Shown: positions 1-11,863 of the stretch, in pieces | Numbering within the stretch: the first letter of the stretch is position 1 | Layout of the letters: the number at the start of each line of letters is the position of its first letter | Assembly: GCA_040954595.2 (NCBI GenBank) | Contig: CM082577.2 | Location: 6,845,846 to 6,909,845, forward strand | Source: Balanoglossus misakiensis | Lineage: Eukaryota; Animalia; Hemichordata | Direction: 5' to 3' | DNA length: 64,000 nt | Notes under the pieces: model-generated | What the model was told of the DNA's origin: nothing | Seen by the model: only the letters and a program-made list of their open reading frames with translations | The model's database searches: none | Program-made: the position numbers and the translations under genes

Positions 1-74
1 ATACTACATTCCACAAAATGGACCAAACTGCCAAATCAAGAGATGTGTATGTCTCTGGTTGTGTCGAGTCATAC

Positions 75-3000
75 CTTTTTTCAACTTGATAGTTTTCTGC
101 AGCAAAAGTGTCTCCATTGAAATCTGGCGCCTCAAGTTTATTGCTGGAGCCAAATCTGTAAGAAAATACAAAATGGAGATAACAGAAGATGTAGCAATAA
201 TGCTTGTAGTATGTGCTACTAAGATCACTTTAAGTGTAGATCATTTTCCTGGATAACTGATTATTTTTGTCAATTTCATGCCATCCTCTATTTCAAAACG
301 AAAAGTTGCAATCATCAGGGGGCCACAGAACAATTCAAATGAAAAGACTGACACATCTCTTCATTGGATTTTAATCATGAGGGATTATATAATGAAATGC
401 TTGTAAATGTGTTTTAAATTAGACTTACCTTGCACTGAGTCTGAGTCAGCTGTCTTCTGGCAAGAAAGCCTTTTTAAAGCTTTTTTAGTTATTCCATATT
501 TTCTTCTTATTTCCTTCTTTTTACAACAGCAAACTATAATTATAATAATAACAACAACAACAACAGCAACTACACCAATTACAATGCCAACAACCTGTGC
601 AATGGTCAATGGGTTGTCAGACTGTGTGTTTACTCTATCAGAAGATCCACTTGGTGTTGGACGTATCGTTGGAGATGGTTGGATTCTGTTCACTTGTGGG
701 GTGCTTGAAGGAGGAGGGGTGCTGCTTTGTGAGGTGGTCGCAGGTTCTGCTGTCGGAGCATTATCACTTGTCTCCTCCTGCACGGGACTTGTGTTGGCCT
801 CAGGGTTACTTGTTGAGGGCGTGTGGCTCTCTTCCTCGCACACAGCATCATAGGTTGAATTCCCTGGCTGGACAACGTCCCTCCCTAGAGCAGAGCAGTT
901 TGTGTGGGGCGTGCAGAAAGGCCATTTGGAGTATGTGCCGGGAAGGCAAGCACGACATTTGATATTTTGCCCACGCTTTCCTGTGTTTTAAAGAAAATGG
1001 AAACGTCTGTTAAAAAAAAAACAAGTACTTGGTTCCACAAGTACTGTTAGTAGTGAGAAATAAATTTCAGATTTGTATGGGCTAATGTTAAACCTACGTG
1101 TTTTTGATACATACCGCTTTCACGAATTCCCTTTCCTGGAGGACATGAAGGATATCGGAAACACTGATCTCCATCTGCACTGGGATAAGTGCCATACTCA
1201 CATCCACAGACCCTAGGTTGTATACCATTACATTCTTGCAGAACCTGGCAACAAAGATGTCAAAGTTTATCATCATCTTGGCACATGCACATTGTTTAAT
1301 CCTCTCATGCTCATCCCTCCTAAGTGTTTAGTGGTCCAACTTTACCATAGAAAACAATAGATTTGGACCAAACCATGGTGGTGGAAGGGATCAATGAGTT
1401 ACTTCACAAAACTGGTCAGTTGGTTATAATCCCTGGCCACTTCAGAGGGATATTGAACATATGGTTAGATAAAAACTTGCAAACATCCCATGCGGCCTGC
1501 AACCAGACACATTTGTGACCTTGAGAAAAGCCATTAGTCTATCACTAGATCTGACTGTATTACATTGAGAGTCCATGATGCTCTTAACCCTTTCACCACC
1601 ATGGTTTGGTCCAAATTCACTGTTTCTATGGTACATTTGGATCCCTATAGAGGGAAACAGGGGCAAAAAAGGGTTAAATACATGTACAATGCGTAAAAGT
1701 TTTACAAGTGCACACACACATGTACATGCATATATAATGACTTGATTCAAACTGATACAATTCTGCAACCATACCCCAAGCAACCTCCCCAAAACTGTGT
1801 AATAGGTCACACCAAAACAGTCTTTGAAGGACTCAAAAAGATCCAGCAATTTGAATTGTGAGAGAGGCACAACTGAACCTGAAGACAATATACAGATACA
1901 GACATGAACTGTAGACAAGGACACTATACCCACTGTGATCCAAACTACATGTACAAGACTTTGGAATAAAGAAGTTGTTATGCCATGCTTTTGGTGTCAA
2001 GGTGCAAATATTAGATTTGGGGGAAACACCATGGAAAGACCCACACGTTAGATAGACTGTGCGAAGGTAAACAGGTTTTCGCTCACATTAAACCACAACC
2101 AAAAAAACTCCATGAAACACGAAAAGAAACAAGTTTGGCACGAATGATCTGTGACTTACAGAGATGGGTTCAATTCTCTGTTACACCTTGTGGCAGCCAA
2201 AGAGGGGAAGGAAAGCAAGATAGAAAAATTAATACTACTGCGACTGTCAACTGGTTTACAACAAGTTCCTTTTTTTAAAAAAAGAAGCTTGGATATCAAG
2301 AATACTGCTATTCTGTGAAGAACATCAGTTAGCATGCATGTGATGTTTTATTTTGTTAACCAGCCCCAAATGGGAAATCTTACAATTTTTGCTGAACTGT
2401 GTTTGACTTCCTTGGAAAAAAAGAGAATAAGACAATCTTTTTTCTTCAAGTTTGCTGTAGCTAGATTTGCATAGGTGACCGTATACTTTGCATAAGCACA
2501 TGGTAGACCAGTGCAAAAAATTAGTTTCAGGATTAAAATTTGAGTCAAGGAAGTCAGCAGTCCCCTGATAAATAATACTTACAATTTGATATAAATTCGA
2601 ACATGTTTCAGTACATGGCCAACATTCTTCACATGTATTGTTGTAAGGCATATATGTATTTGGTGGGCACTTGTGGCATCTGTTTGAGTAAAAAGACAAA
2701 ATATTGGCGTCAATGACACAAACATACACCACTGAATATTACTAGGTTTTATAGAACATGTATTTGACAAAAAAAAAAACACTGACCTTGTTTGCTCATC
2801 GGCAGTACAGTGTGTTGTTCTGTAGTGTCCAGGATGACATAATTCACATTTCAACTCATCATTTTTGTAAGTCTCTTTGGTGGGATCGGTTTTGTAACAT
2901 TTTATCCCTCCATGAACTTGACACACAACAAATGCCAGCAACTGTGATAAAATAGTGAAATGTTGCTCGTTAAGGTAACTTTAAGAGATTGGCAGGAAAA

Positions 3001-3537
3001 CAGTGTTCAATCGAAAACAAATATGATCAATTCATGTCAATGCAATTTCCCCAGAATCGACTTAGAAACAGTATTTAACTTGAAATGGGCATGCTTTTAC
3101 ATATTTTTCCATGGGCATTGAAAATTCAATGCCACACTATGCGACGATCACTCATGTGTCGTACGGCCATGATTGAAAAATTACTGTGTATTTCACCCAC
3201 AGTTAATTTTATTACTTCCGATCACTATTTGACCGGCCGACCATAAAAATTCCAAGTTGCCTGACTACACCATAGTACACTGACTTATAGCTTGATTTAA
3301 CCCCTGTAAATAAGGTTGACAAGCTATCGCAATCAGTGTGATTCAAACACCTGTGTTTTGTAGTGTCACCTTGCACTAAAAAGGGCCAGTGACGTATTTC
3401 GCGATGCCGAGTAATGATTTACACAGCTGCAGTAAACTATGAGTAAACCAATCACCAGTGGCATTTAAAGTACTTCTTACCAGGAAAAGTGTTACTGTTA
3501 CTGGCGCTGCGGAATTCGCGCTTTTCCAGATCAACAT
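75..3537 (-). CDS. TNF receptor superfamily member, type I membrane protein, 3'-partial. Exons 3537-3481, 2941-2787, 2679-2583, 1244-1115, 980-429, 155-75
   Basis: All junctions are GT-AG and in phase. The spliced protein has a signal peptide (MLIWKSANSAAPVTVTLFL/LLAFVVCQVHG) and about 4 TNFR cysteine-rich domains (CELCHPGHYRTTHC; RCHKCPPNTY..CEECWPC; CGCEYGTY..C..CPPGKG; CRACLPGTYS..CTPHTNCSALG..VQPGNSTYDAVC). These are followed by a S/T/P-rich stalk, a TM helix (VVGIVIGVVAVVVVVIIIIIV), CCCKKK and the start of the cytoplasmic tail. Confidence 0.9.
1588..1673. mobile_element. Tiny piggyBac-like MITE (TTAA-CCCTTT...AAAGGG-TTAA) in a TNFR intron; degenerate inverted copy at ~1312-1394
   Basis: TTAA at 1584-1587 and 1674-1677 flanks CCCTTT/AAAGGG termini. 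The internal caccaccatggtttggtccaaat recurs as its reverse complement at ~1361-1383. Confidence 0.6.
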
Positions 3538-3661
3538 ACCACCTGTTGTTACACAGCCAATGATAGGTGACAATCCATTCAAACGTTGCGAGGAAATAGG
3601 GTTGTAATCGACATCACCGGTGAAATCGTATAGTCTAATGTCACCATAAACTTAAATTCCG

Positions 3662-3671
3662 GGAAAACCCC
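3662..3671 (-). promoter_or_regulatory. NF-kB-type site GGGGTTTTCC upstream of the TNFR start codon
   Basis: Exact match to GGGRNWYYCC on the minus strand, ~125 bp upstream of ATG 3537. Several CCAAT boxes lie at 3557-4432. Confidence 0.45.
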
Positions 3672-5195
3672 GCCGTGGCGCAGACGCATACTTGCTGAAC
3701 TGTGATTGGCTAAAAGACTTTGACCCCACATGGCAGGTGAATGATTTTAGCAGTAATAGCAAACTGTAAACAGTTAAGTTCACAGCTATCCCGAGACTAA
3801 CTATATACACAGTCGACTATTGTTACGATTTTTGGGGGGGGTAAAGTATGTAATTCCACATTGAATAACATTTTGTGTCAATCGACAATTCAATCGCCAG
3901 CCAATTAAATCACGCATAACTAAAAAGCATTAGTCCCGCCCAATGCGTCCCAAAACGCTACTGTTCATTAGTTAATACTTCCAGTCAACAGAGTTCCGTC
4001 ACCCAAGGTCATTTCCACAGTTAAGTTGGTTACATCGTGATTTAATACAAAAAACTGGGAAAATGTAAATCTGAATATGTGCGCGACGATTGCTAGTAAA
4101 GGCAATGGAAGGACTGACCCGAGGAAAGGTAACAACTGTCATTATACATGCCATTGGATTCCAGAAATATTCTGAACGCTGATTGGCTAAAGTGGTTTGG
4201 TCTCCCGTGGCAGGTGGGCAAGTTTGTCCGGAATGGCTAATTGTAAGCCGTTTACATTTCTCTCGCTTGATAGACCAATCAAAGACAGAGCCCACCATTC
4301 TTGCGACATTTCAGTCGATGCTCATACAATCTCCAAAACAGTCATATTTTGGGTCTCTGGCGACACAACCTCTAGCCAATCAAATCAAGCAGATCTTCCC
4401 ACCTAACCTTCCAAAACGCGACCGTTCATTGGTTTGTTCCTAGGGCCAAAGTTGAGGTGGTCACGTGCGTACGCTTGGATAGTTCATGCATTCCAGAAGA
4501 GGGGGGCGTGCGTGGCGCGGCGTTTAAATGGCCAAATAATACCCTGTGGAGGTCGTGGGCCAAAATATGAAACAAATGAATAGATTTGATGAAAATTGAC
4601 TTCTATCTAGTTTGTTGAAAATGGTTAGTCTGATCAATTTTATATGAAACGTAAATCCAATTTTGTTGATCAGGCTTGACCAACCATTTTACTGCGGGTC
4701 GTATCAAAATCAACCACAGTCGCACCACGCATTCATTTAGTCACGTATACACTTGTATTAGAATAAAGTCTGGGTTCTAAATGTAGGCCAGTCATTATAT
4801 ACGTACGATGACTAGCAATAAGACCAATCAGGGTTACGCATTTCAAGCATTTTAATACATAGATTGAAAAATATATACAAACAATAAATAATATATAAGT
4901 TCAAAAGTTAAACACTCCATGGGGATAACAATTCAAGTCGAAGAGAGGGCATACATATCATACGAGATGGCTTTGAAATCAAAGTATACACACGAATGGA
5001 TCAACGCATGACGCAGACAAAACCCTTAAATTATTAACTATAAAATCGAGTATATACATGTAATAATACGACTGGGCAAAGTTGGAAAACTTGGACATTC
5101 GTGGTGACGTGGTCAGGTGTCAACTTCTGCTGCGTTGTGCCATGACTGTGGATAGTACAGGGACGTCACTCTGTGTTGACGGGAACTTCGGTTAA

Positions 5196-6297
5196 TCACT
5201 GGCAATAACGGCCGTTACCTAAAAGGAAAAAAAAAAACAGAAAATAATAAATATTAAAGGCTAACATTTGTACCGGCAACGAACAAGATTGATGCGAATG
5301 TGTGATTTTTCATGCGACATACGAATCGAAGCAAAGACGAGTGAAAGTGCATCGCGCCTGTGAGAAAAAATAGGAATCACTTACCAAGGGAAGTGTCTTG
5401 GTACCAGCACTGTGGTTGTTGGGACCACGGATGTTGCAGAGGTTGGTGTGACAACGGGTACTGGGCGTGGGGATAGTCAGCTTGGTGGTGGTGGAGGTCT
5501 CCACGTCCGTAGCTGGGTTGAAACCTGGACGGCCTGGCGTGACGATACATCTGGTCAGAACAGTACTGAGTCTGCATCGATGGGTACGGCTGCGTTGACG
5601 AGATGCGTGGCCGCTTCACTGAAGGCTTCTTGCAGGCGGTGGTGGGCGTCGCCGGCATCGGCTTGGAGACTTGAGAACAGGTGGCCGGCTGCTGCTGCAG
5701 ATGTTGGGAACGAGACACCACGCCACACTTCTCCTGAAGATGCTTGGCGAACTTTCGATGAAGGCGACGATCGCACTGGACCGCGTCGGTCTCGAGGATG
5801 CTGGTGAGGTAACCGACGTACTCGATGGCTGACAGAAGCGTCTGCATCTTGGAGAGTCTTCTACTGGCGAGTGAGCAAGCTGCGGGCAAAGTGTCTCTCA
5901 GAGTCTCGAAACCAGCGGCGATTTTGCGAGTGCGATCGCGCTCCTTGCTGGCGGCCGATTCTCTGTCGACGACACCGGGAGATGGACGGGTCTTCTCCGT
6001 TTGTACACCGATACAGGCACGCGACTCGGTAACCTCATCTTCGTCAGACTGCCGGTGTGATGAGGCTGTATCTTCATCGATCACCAGCTGCCCGCATCCA
6101 GTGTCGTACAGGTTCAGATCTTCAGTTCCGTTGCCAAGGAGGGGTTCGTCGTGGTTGCCGCCAGCGACTACCGACTTGACATGTCTCGGCAGTGACAAGT
6201 CAAGTGGCGAACTACACGTTTCAGGGTACATGGTCTCTTCGACACCAGCACCCCTGCCGCCGTCGTACAGGGTACACTCTGGAACTCGTCGGGCCAT
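5196..6297 (-). CDS. Group A bHLH transcription factor (achaete-scute/Figla/Mesp-like, family unassigned). Exons 6297-5385 and probably 5218-5196; unspliced stop at 5377
   Basis: bHLH domain DRESAASKERDRTRKIAAGFETLRDTLP...RRLSKMQTLLSAIEYVGYLTSIL. ATG 6297 is in good Kozak context (AGCATGG), with TATAAA ~100 bp upstream. A GTAAGT donor after 5385 and a strong polypyrimidine acceptor at 5219 give a GNGRYCQ* C-terminus. Confidence 0.85.
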
Positions 6298-6393
6298 GCT
6301 GAAATTCACTTGGAGCAGATAACGCACGTTTGGAGAGAGGTGTTCTCGGAATGAGATGTGGTAATACACTGATCTGAAGTGGGGAAGACGCGC

Positions 6394-6519
6394 TTTATAA
6401 GTGCTACCACAGCGGCGCACAGCCTTTTGTCGGTGGTGTAATCAAAGAAACCGAAAAGACTGATCAAAGGAAGTGAATCCGATAATCACGAACAATGAAA
6501 CAATTAACATCATTTGCAT
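6394..6519 (-). promoter_or_regulatory. Proximal promoter of the bHLH gene: TATA box, two TCF/LEF sites, Sox sites, octamer
   Basis: TATAAAG on minus at ~6393-6399; ATCAAAG at 6441-6447 and 6463-6469; AACAAT at 6491 and 6499; ATTTGCAT at 6512-6519. Confidence 0.55.
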
Positions 6520-8282
6520 AATTGATGACAGATAGTTTTCCTCAACCAACATAGAAACTGTTCTCTTGCACCAAGTTTCCAGCTTCGATTAAAACTACGA
6601 TGAAATTTTGGCCTTAAATGTGTAACTTACGAAACCCATATTGTCAAAATTTCAGAACGTTTTAAAATGACAAGCACCCCCTTATAAAATAGTTGCCCTC
6701 ATTTCCCTTCAAATTTCGTCTAATCATTCTGTCACAACTAGCTCACATTTCGACTTTTCTTGTAAGATATTGGTAGTTTTTTAAACTAAACTGCGCTTAT
6801 AAATTCGACCCATAGGTATATTACTATGTTTTTGTTTCCGAGCTACCGGAAAGTTGTATACCTTTGGAGATTTTACACATTTGCTTCTGTACATCTACCC
6901 GCGTTAAAGCGTATGATACTAGTAGTTCGACGATACCTCGACACACGCGAGGTGTGTATACTTGTAGCTGAAACTTTCACTTTTTATTGATGTCGAATGA
7001 ATTCAGTAGTGTGCACTCCATGCATGCATGGACTTACAACGAATCCTCAACACCAACCGAAAATTGGGCGGTGAGCGTCTATCGTTGAGTAGAACAAAAA
7101 TGACGGCGCCGTGCAGAGCAAACCACCTGTAAATTACATCATAAGTTGCAGCACCGCTCCGTAAAATGTTTTAACAGTTTGTCTATTGTCACAAGAACAA
7201 AAGACACCGACAAATTAACTTGGTATGTTCAGACGGCTGTGATAACTGGAAAAGGTGTCAACGCCTTCACTACGTGAATACCGATTCGAAAGCCGGGGAG
7301 GACCCTTCCATTGTCATCAAAGTTGTTCCGAACGTTTTTTCGGCAAACTAATTCAGAGGACGACCGACCGACCATTCTCTGTTGATGACAACGCATTGCG
7401 TACACACAAGGTGTCTGTTTTTTGCTAACTGTTTAAGTACAACGAATAAGTTGTTCAAAACGAAATTACAGTTTTATGGCCCATGTTCGTTTGATTAAAA
7501 TAATCAGAAAACTCAACTTGACGTCTCTAAATCTGTCATGACCACTACGTTTTGGAGAGTTCGCGTTGTTGCTTGCCTGTGACTGGGCCTGTCAGATGCG
7601 CATCGTTTTCTAGAGTTCAATGAAGTTAATGATTTACTAAAGTCCCGACCAACAGAAAAACATGGCTGACTGCGTTTACAGATGAGGTCAAATACGTTCC
7701 GTGCAAGATTCACAGTCATGAGTGTTTGTCGTTTCGCCCTAATTTGCCGGTGGATCGTCCGACGTCACCCGGAATAACCGCTGGTGTTTGTCGATTAGCC
7801 GGTCTCCAAGACATGGAAAGGTACGCAGTTCTTTATTGTCCATTTCAGTACATTTCATCGCAACTGCCAATCTGCTGAACCACGCTCGCATGCAAGCATG
7901 AACAGCATGTACTAATGACGTGCGACACAGCATGGTGCTTATATTATGTCCACGATGTGGCACGTACTCTACACATGTACCTCCAGGTACATGTATATTT
8001 TCTACGTTTGATAGAGGAGAGGAATACGCACGTCCGAGTCACTGCAAACTATTCAAGCTGTATCTACAGTAGTGCATCTGTCAAATAGTTCTCTGTGGAT
8101 AATTGTAAAAAATGTAAACAGAGTACAAGTACATCACATGTACGTGTACATTTACAGCACACCAACTGAATTTGTCATTTACGTTTTCACTAAGAACAAC
8201 AAATACGCATTTCATTCGTATACAACTGTCCTCAACAGTTTCAAGTATACAATATTATGTTTCATCCTATTAATTATGCAAG

Positions 8283-11262
8283 ATGAGGCCTATCAGAAGT
8301 TGGAAGCACACTCTGCTCGTGCTCATATCGGTCATTTTCGGGTTCATGCTCGGCAAGTTCTCGGACAAGATCACGTACAGCCCCCTCGTTCTCCAAGAAA
8401 TCGACATCAACTCGAACCACCTGTGCGCCTGCCAATGCAACGGAAATGACGCAAGACTGTTGGACTCACGATCGAAACCGACGGGTCCCCCTGTTCAGGG
8501 AAGACATCGAGTCGGTGTCGAGAAAGGTAAAATTGAATCTCCATTTGCTGCAACTTCGGGCAACTTTAATCTTTTCGTTCCGTTTATCAACTGCAGTTAT
8601 TTTGTTCAGATTCTTTATAGTTTTGAAATTCCCAGTATTGAGTGGGAATTCTATGCATGTGCAGGTTATGTTCAACAGTGACAAGCAGGGATAACGCCAT
8701 TAACGGGTACAAGGAGTACATGTAGACCAAAAGACATTGACCGATACATAAAAAAAACCGAAAGAAACGCCTACAGTGACTGTTTTACGACTAAATCTAT
8801 GTCGACGCAGTGATGACTGCAACATGCCCCGTGTCTTCAAATTGTTTGAAAACAAACAAATTAACGTTTTGTCTTTTCAAAACAAACATTCGTCTCCTTC
8901 ACTTTGATTTCAAGGCAAAGTTTCCAGAAATCCTCGCAAGTTTTTCATCGACTGCGGTGGTAACGTTGCTTCGTCCGTGGTTTTATTCCGAGAGACCTAC
9001 CCTGGAGCTGCGGACTACCACATCCATTCATTCGAGTTGGATGACCGACTTTGCCCGTATTTCGCTCCCTACGAGAATCACACCCTTCACTGCCCGACTG
9101 CTGTTTCAAACTCTTCAGGTAAGGTTGGACTGGAAATTCTGTGGATTGGTCGCCAGGCCCTCCTCTCCCAATTCTCGCTAACGGGAATAGTGTTTTTGGT
9201 ACCTTGGTTGGTGATAAAAACGTCATCATGATGTGGTCGACAATTTCACGATCATGGTGAATTTCAGCCAACGGAAGATTTTTTTCTCCCTAGGCCTGGT
9301 GATAGCTGCGACATTGCCCATTATTTTTTTTACACCTTAGGTGTATGTACACTAAAAGAATAATTTGAGATACATGCAGAACCCGGTATCGTCTGGTCAA
9401 GTGTATATTTTACTACTTACAGCTAGACTTTTGTAATAACACTTATTACAAATTGATTGTGGTTTTCTATTATTTTTCTCGTATTTGCATCTCAGGGGAG
9501 ATAACGGCTTACGCCGAAGCCGCCTGGTTTCCCGGGAAATCCGTCGGCGGCGAAGACAAACAATGGGGCGGCGGGTCTCTGTTCGTCTCCAGGAACGAAA
9601 GTCTCGGAAAAGATGGCGGCGAAAGAATGCTGACGTATCGCAAGAAAGTGCCAGCGATCGACCTGTCCTCCTGGCTCCGAGACAATGTCAAACAAGAGGA
9701 CTATGTTATTTTGAAACTGGACGTAGAGGGTGCCGAGTACGGGATCCTTCGGAAGATGCTGACAGAGGAGACCATCGAACTTGTCGATAAGTAAATATCT
9801 GCTTAGCTAAATAAGTGAATGTCGAGGCTTCCGGTAATTCATCATTGGAGTATGAAAATTTTTCCAGTTTAATATATATCAGATATTCTTGTAATATCCG
9901 ATAAATGTTTTTGCCTGCTTAAATTTTCACGATATTGTTTATCAAACATCTCAAAAGAAAATATCACGAATTAAGATATGTGTATTGAATTATGTAATTC
10001 CCATCTCCACGATAGATTATATGGCGAATACCACAGCGACCAACCGACAGGAGCAGATGACAAGGAAAAGGCGCAAATTAAAGCTGACCTGAAGGTCAAA
10101 AAACGAACGATGCTCCGATGGATTGGCGAGAGGAAAACCTACCACGATTTTGAATTTCTCCATCCGACGAAGGTAAGATCTTGCTGAGTCTATGGCAGTA
10201 ATATGTCCCTCCAATAAGGTATAATTAAAATGAATACTTATTTTTCACATGACAACTAAGGTTTGAAAAACTGCGTATCACATGTTTCCCCCATTTTCTC
10301 GCAGGTTCTGGAAAGGAGCAAAGCACCGAACGCCGCTGGTGTCGTCATCAGTAAGTGCGGCATGACAAGAAACGACCGCCACCAAGTTGCCATGGTAATC
10401 GAAGTAGGCATGAACCGGAAGCCTGCTGTATGGCTCATCGAGACGATCCGCGCTTACAAAAAGAAGTTCCCCTGTACTCTGTTCGTCTACGGGGATTTCG
10501 CCCAGCAGAACCCCGGGCTGGTCCGCGATTGGTCAGCCGATTTCGACATCGGGGTCAGGGGTAGCAGCCCACAACTGGAGCATGTGTGGGAAAATTTGAA
10601 TTACTACTACACCCGGATGTCGATGATGGGAGGTGTCATGCGACTGAACGAGGTCGGGTTCGAGCCGCTTTTTATACTGCCACAGAAGTACAGTAACCAC
10701 ACCGTTAGGATTGCGCAAAAGCATGGCTACTGGGTTGTTGACCCGAATGCCGCGTTTCCACCAAGAACAGGTGCGTACTATAAGCGTACAAAGAACATCC
10801 ATGAGGTAATACAAGCCAAGCTTCGTGTGACAGTACAAAATGTGCCGACTTTAACAAAAATCGCCATTCAAGAGCCGTGTTGCACTTTTGGTAATGTGTT
10901 TGTCCCGAGTCACGCGAGAATGTCCTGCCTAGCTACGCGAGATCTCGCAGGGTCTCGTGGACTTCGGAAAATGGTCTATTACAAAACGTGAATTTCAGCA
11001 GGACAAACCCCACATCATGATACTTTATTTTTAATCAACAGGTGAAAGATTTACAGAAGAAAATTACTTCAAGCATCGCGACGTCGAAAGAGTGCCAAAA
11101 GCTCTCCGAGCGATTTCTGATGTGTTGACACGTGATCAGGGAGGCATTATCAGTTTGGACGCAGACCTTTTCGACAGTTACATGATATCCGTGTTTCTAC
11201 TGGATTACCTCTTTGAACATTCGGGATTTCAGTTTGTTGAGTTAAAACAGTGCTATGACTAG
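8283..11262 (+). CDS. Type II membrane protein of ~528 aa: FkbM-family SAM-dependent methyltransferase fused to a degenerate NodB/CE4 polysaccharide-deacetylase-like domain. Exons 8283-8526, 8915-9118, 9496-9790, 10016-10172, 10305-10770, 11042-11262
   Basis: Six in-phase GT-AG exons. N-terminal signal anchor TLLVLISVIFGFMLG. FkbM motifs FIDCGGN, IHSFE, AVS and YVILKLDVEGAEY..L, then LYGEYH. The C-terminal half has NodB-like landmarks VAMVIEVG, CTLFVYG, NPGLVR, DIGVRG, GGIISLD and GFQFVELKQC. AATAAA at 11366. Confidence 0.85.
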
Positions 11263-11302
11263 GTCGCTGGATAAAACTAATTTATATTTTCCTTGTTAGG
11301 CC

Positions 11303-11360
11303 TACATCACTACAGTAAACACCGTATTCTTTGTTACATCACTACAGTAAACACCGTATT
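11303..11360 (+). repeat. 26-bp direct repeat in the 3' UTR
   Basis: tacatcactacagtaaacaccgtatt at 11303-11328 and 11335-11360. Confidence 0.9.
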
Positions 11361-11863
11361 TCTAGAATAAAACTCGATTGGAAAATTCTAGATCAGTCCA
11401 TGGATGGAAATGTCCACCAATCTACATTGTTATGTTTATCTCATTAGACCACATCCTGTAATATTGAATTCTAAATCGTCCATGGTTATAATAGATAGTC
11501 AGATTCCCATGCTATATTTTGTACTTTTTATCAAGTGGGGAACTACATATTTTACGACAGTCTTAAAGTAAACACAAGCCAATTTCTTATCACTAAATCA
11601 TCACCACTCACCTAGTAACCCAAAGAATCGTAAACATAAACTACTGTTATATTATAGTCTGTTGAATAACAGACCTTTTGGTGAAATTTTGCAAGGTGTG
11701 CACGCCAGGTGTGCAATTCAAAATGACGAAAACATAAATTACAAACTTGTTAGGAAACTCGTTCTTCCAGTCCACCGCACATGTTTGCGAGGATACCCTG
11801 TTCAAAGTACCCTTTTCCTTAGTGCGGAAATTTCACAGTGAATTTTGAGAGTCCATCTTCCAT

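Noticed and set aside
6298-6420. 347-aa version of the bHLH ORF
   Set aside because: It starts at GTG and runs across the TATA box; ATG 6297 is the better start.
10771-10991. Read-through C-terminus of ORF 10263-10991
   Set aside because: The donor at 10770 splices in phase to exon 11042-11262, which completes the NodB-like fold.
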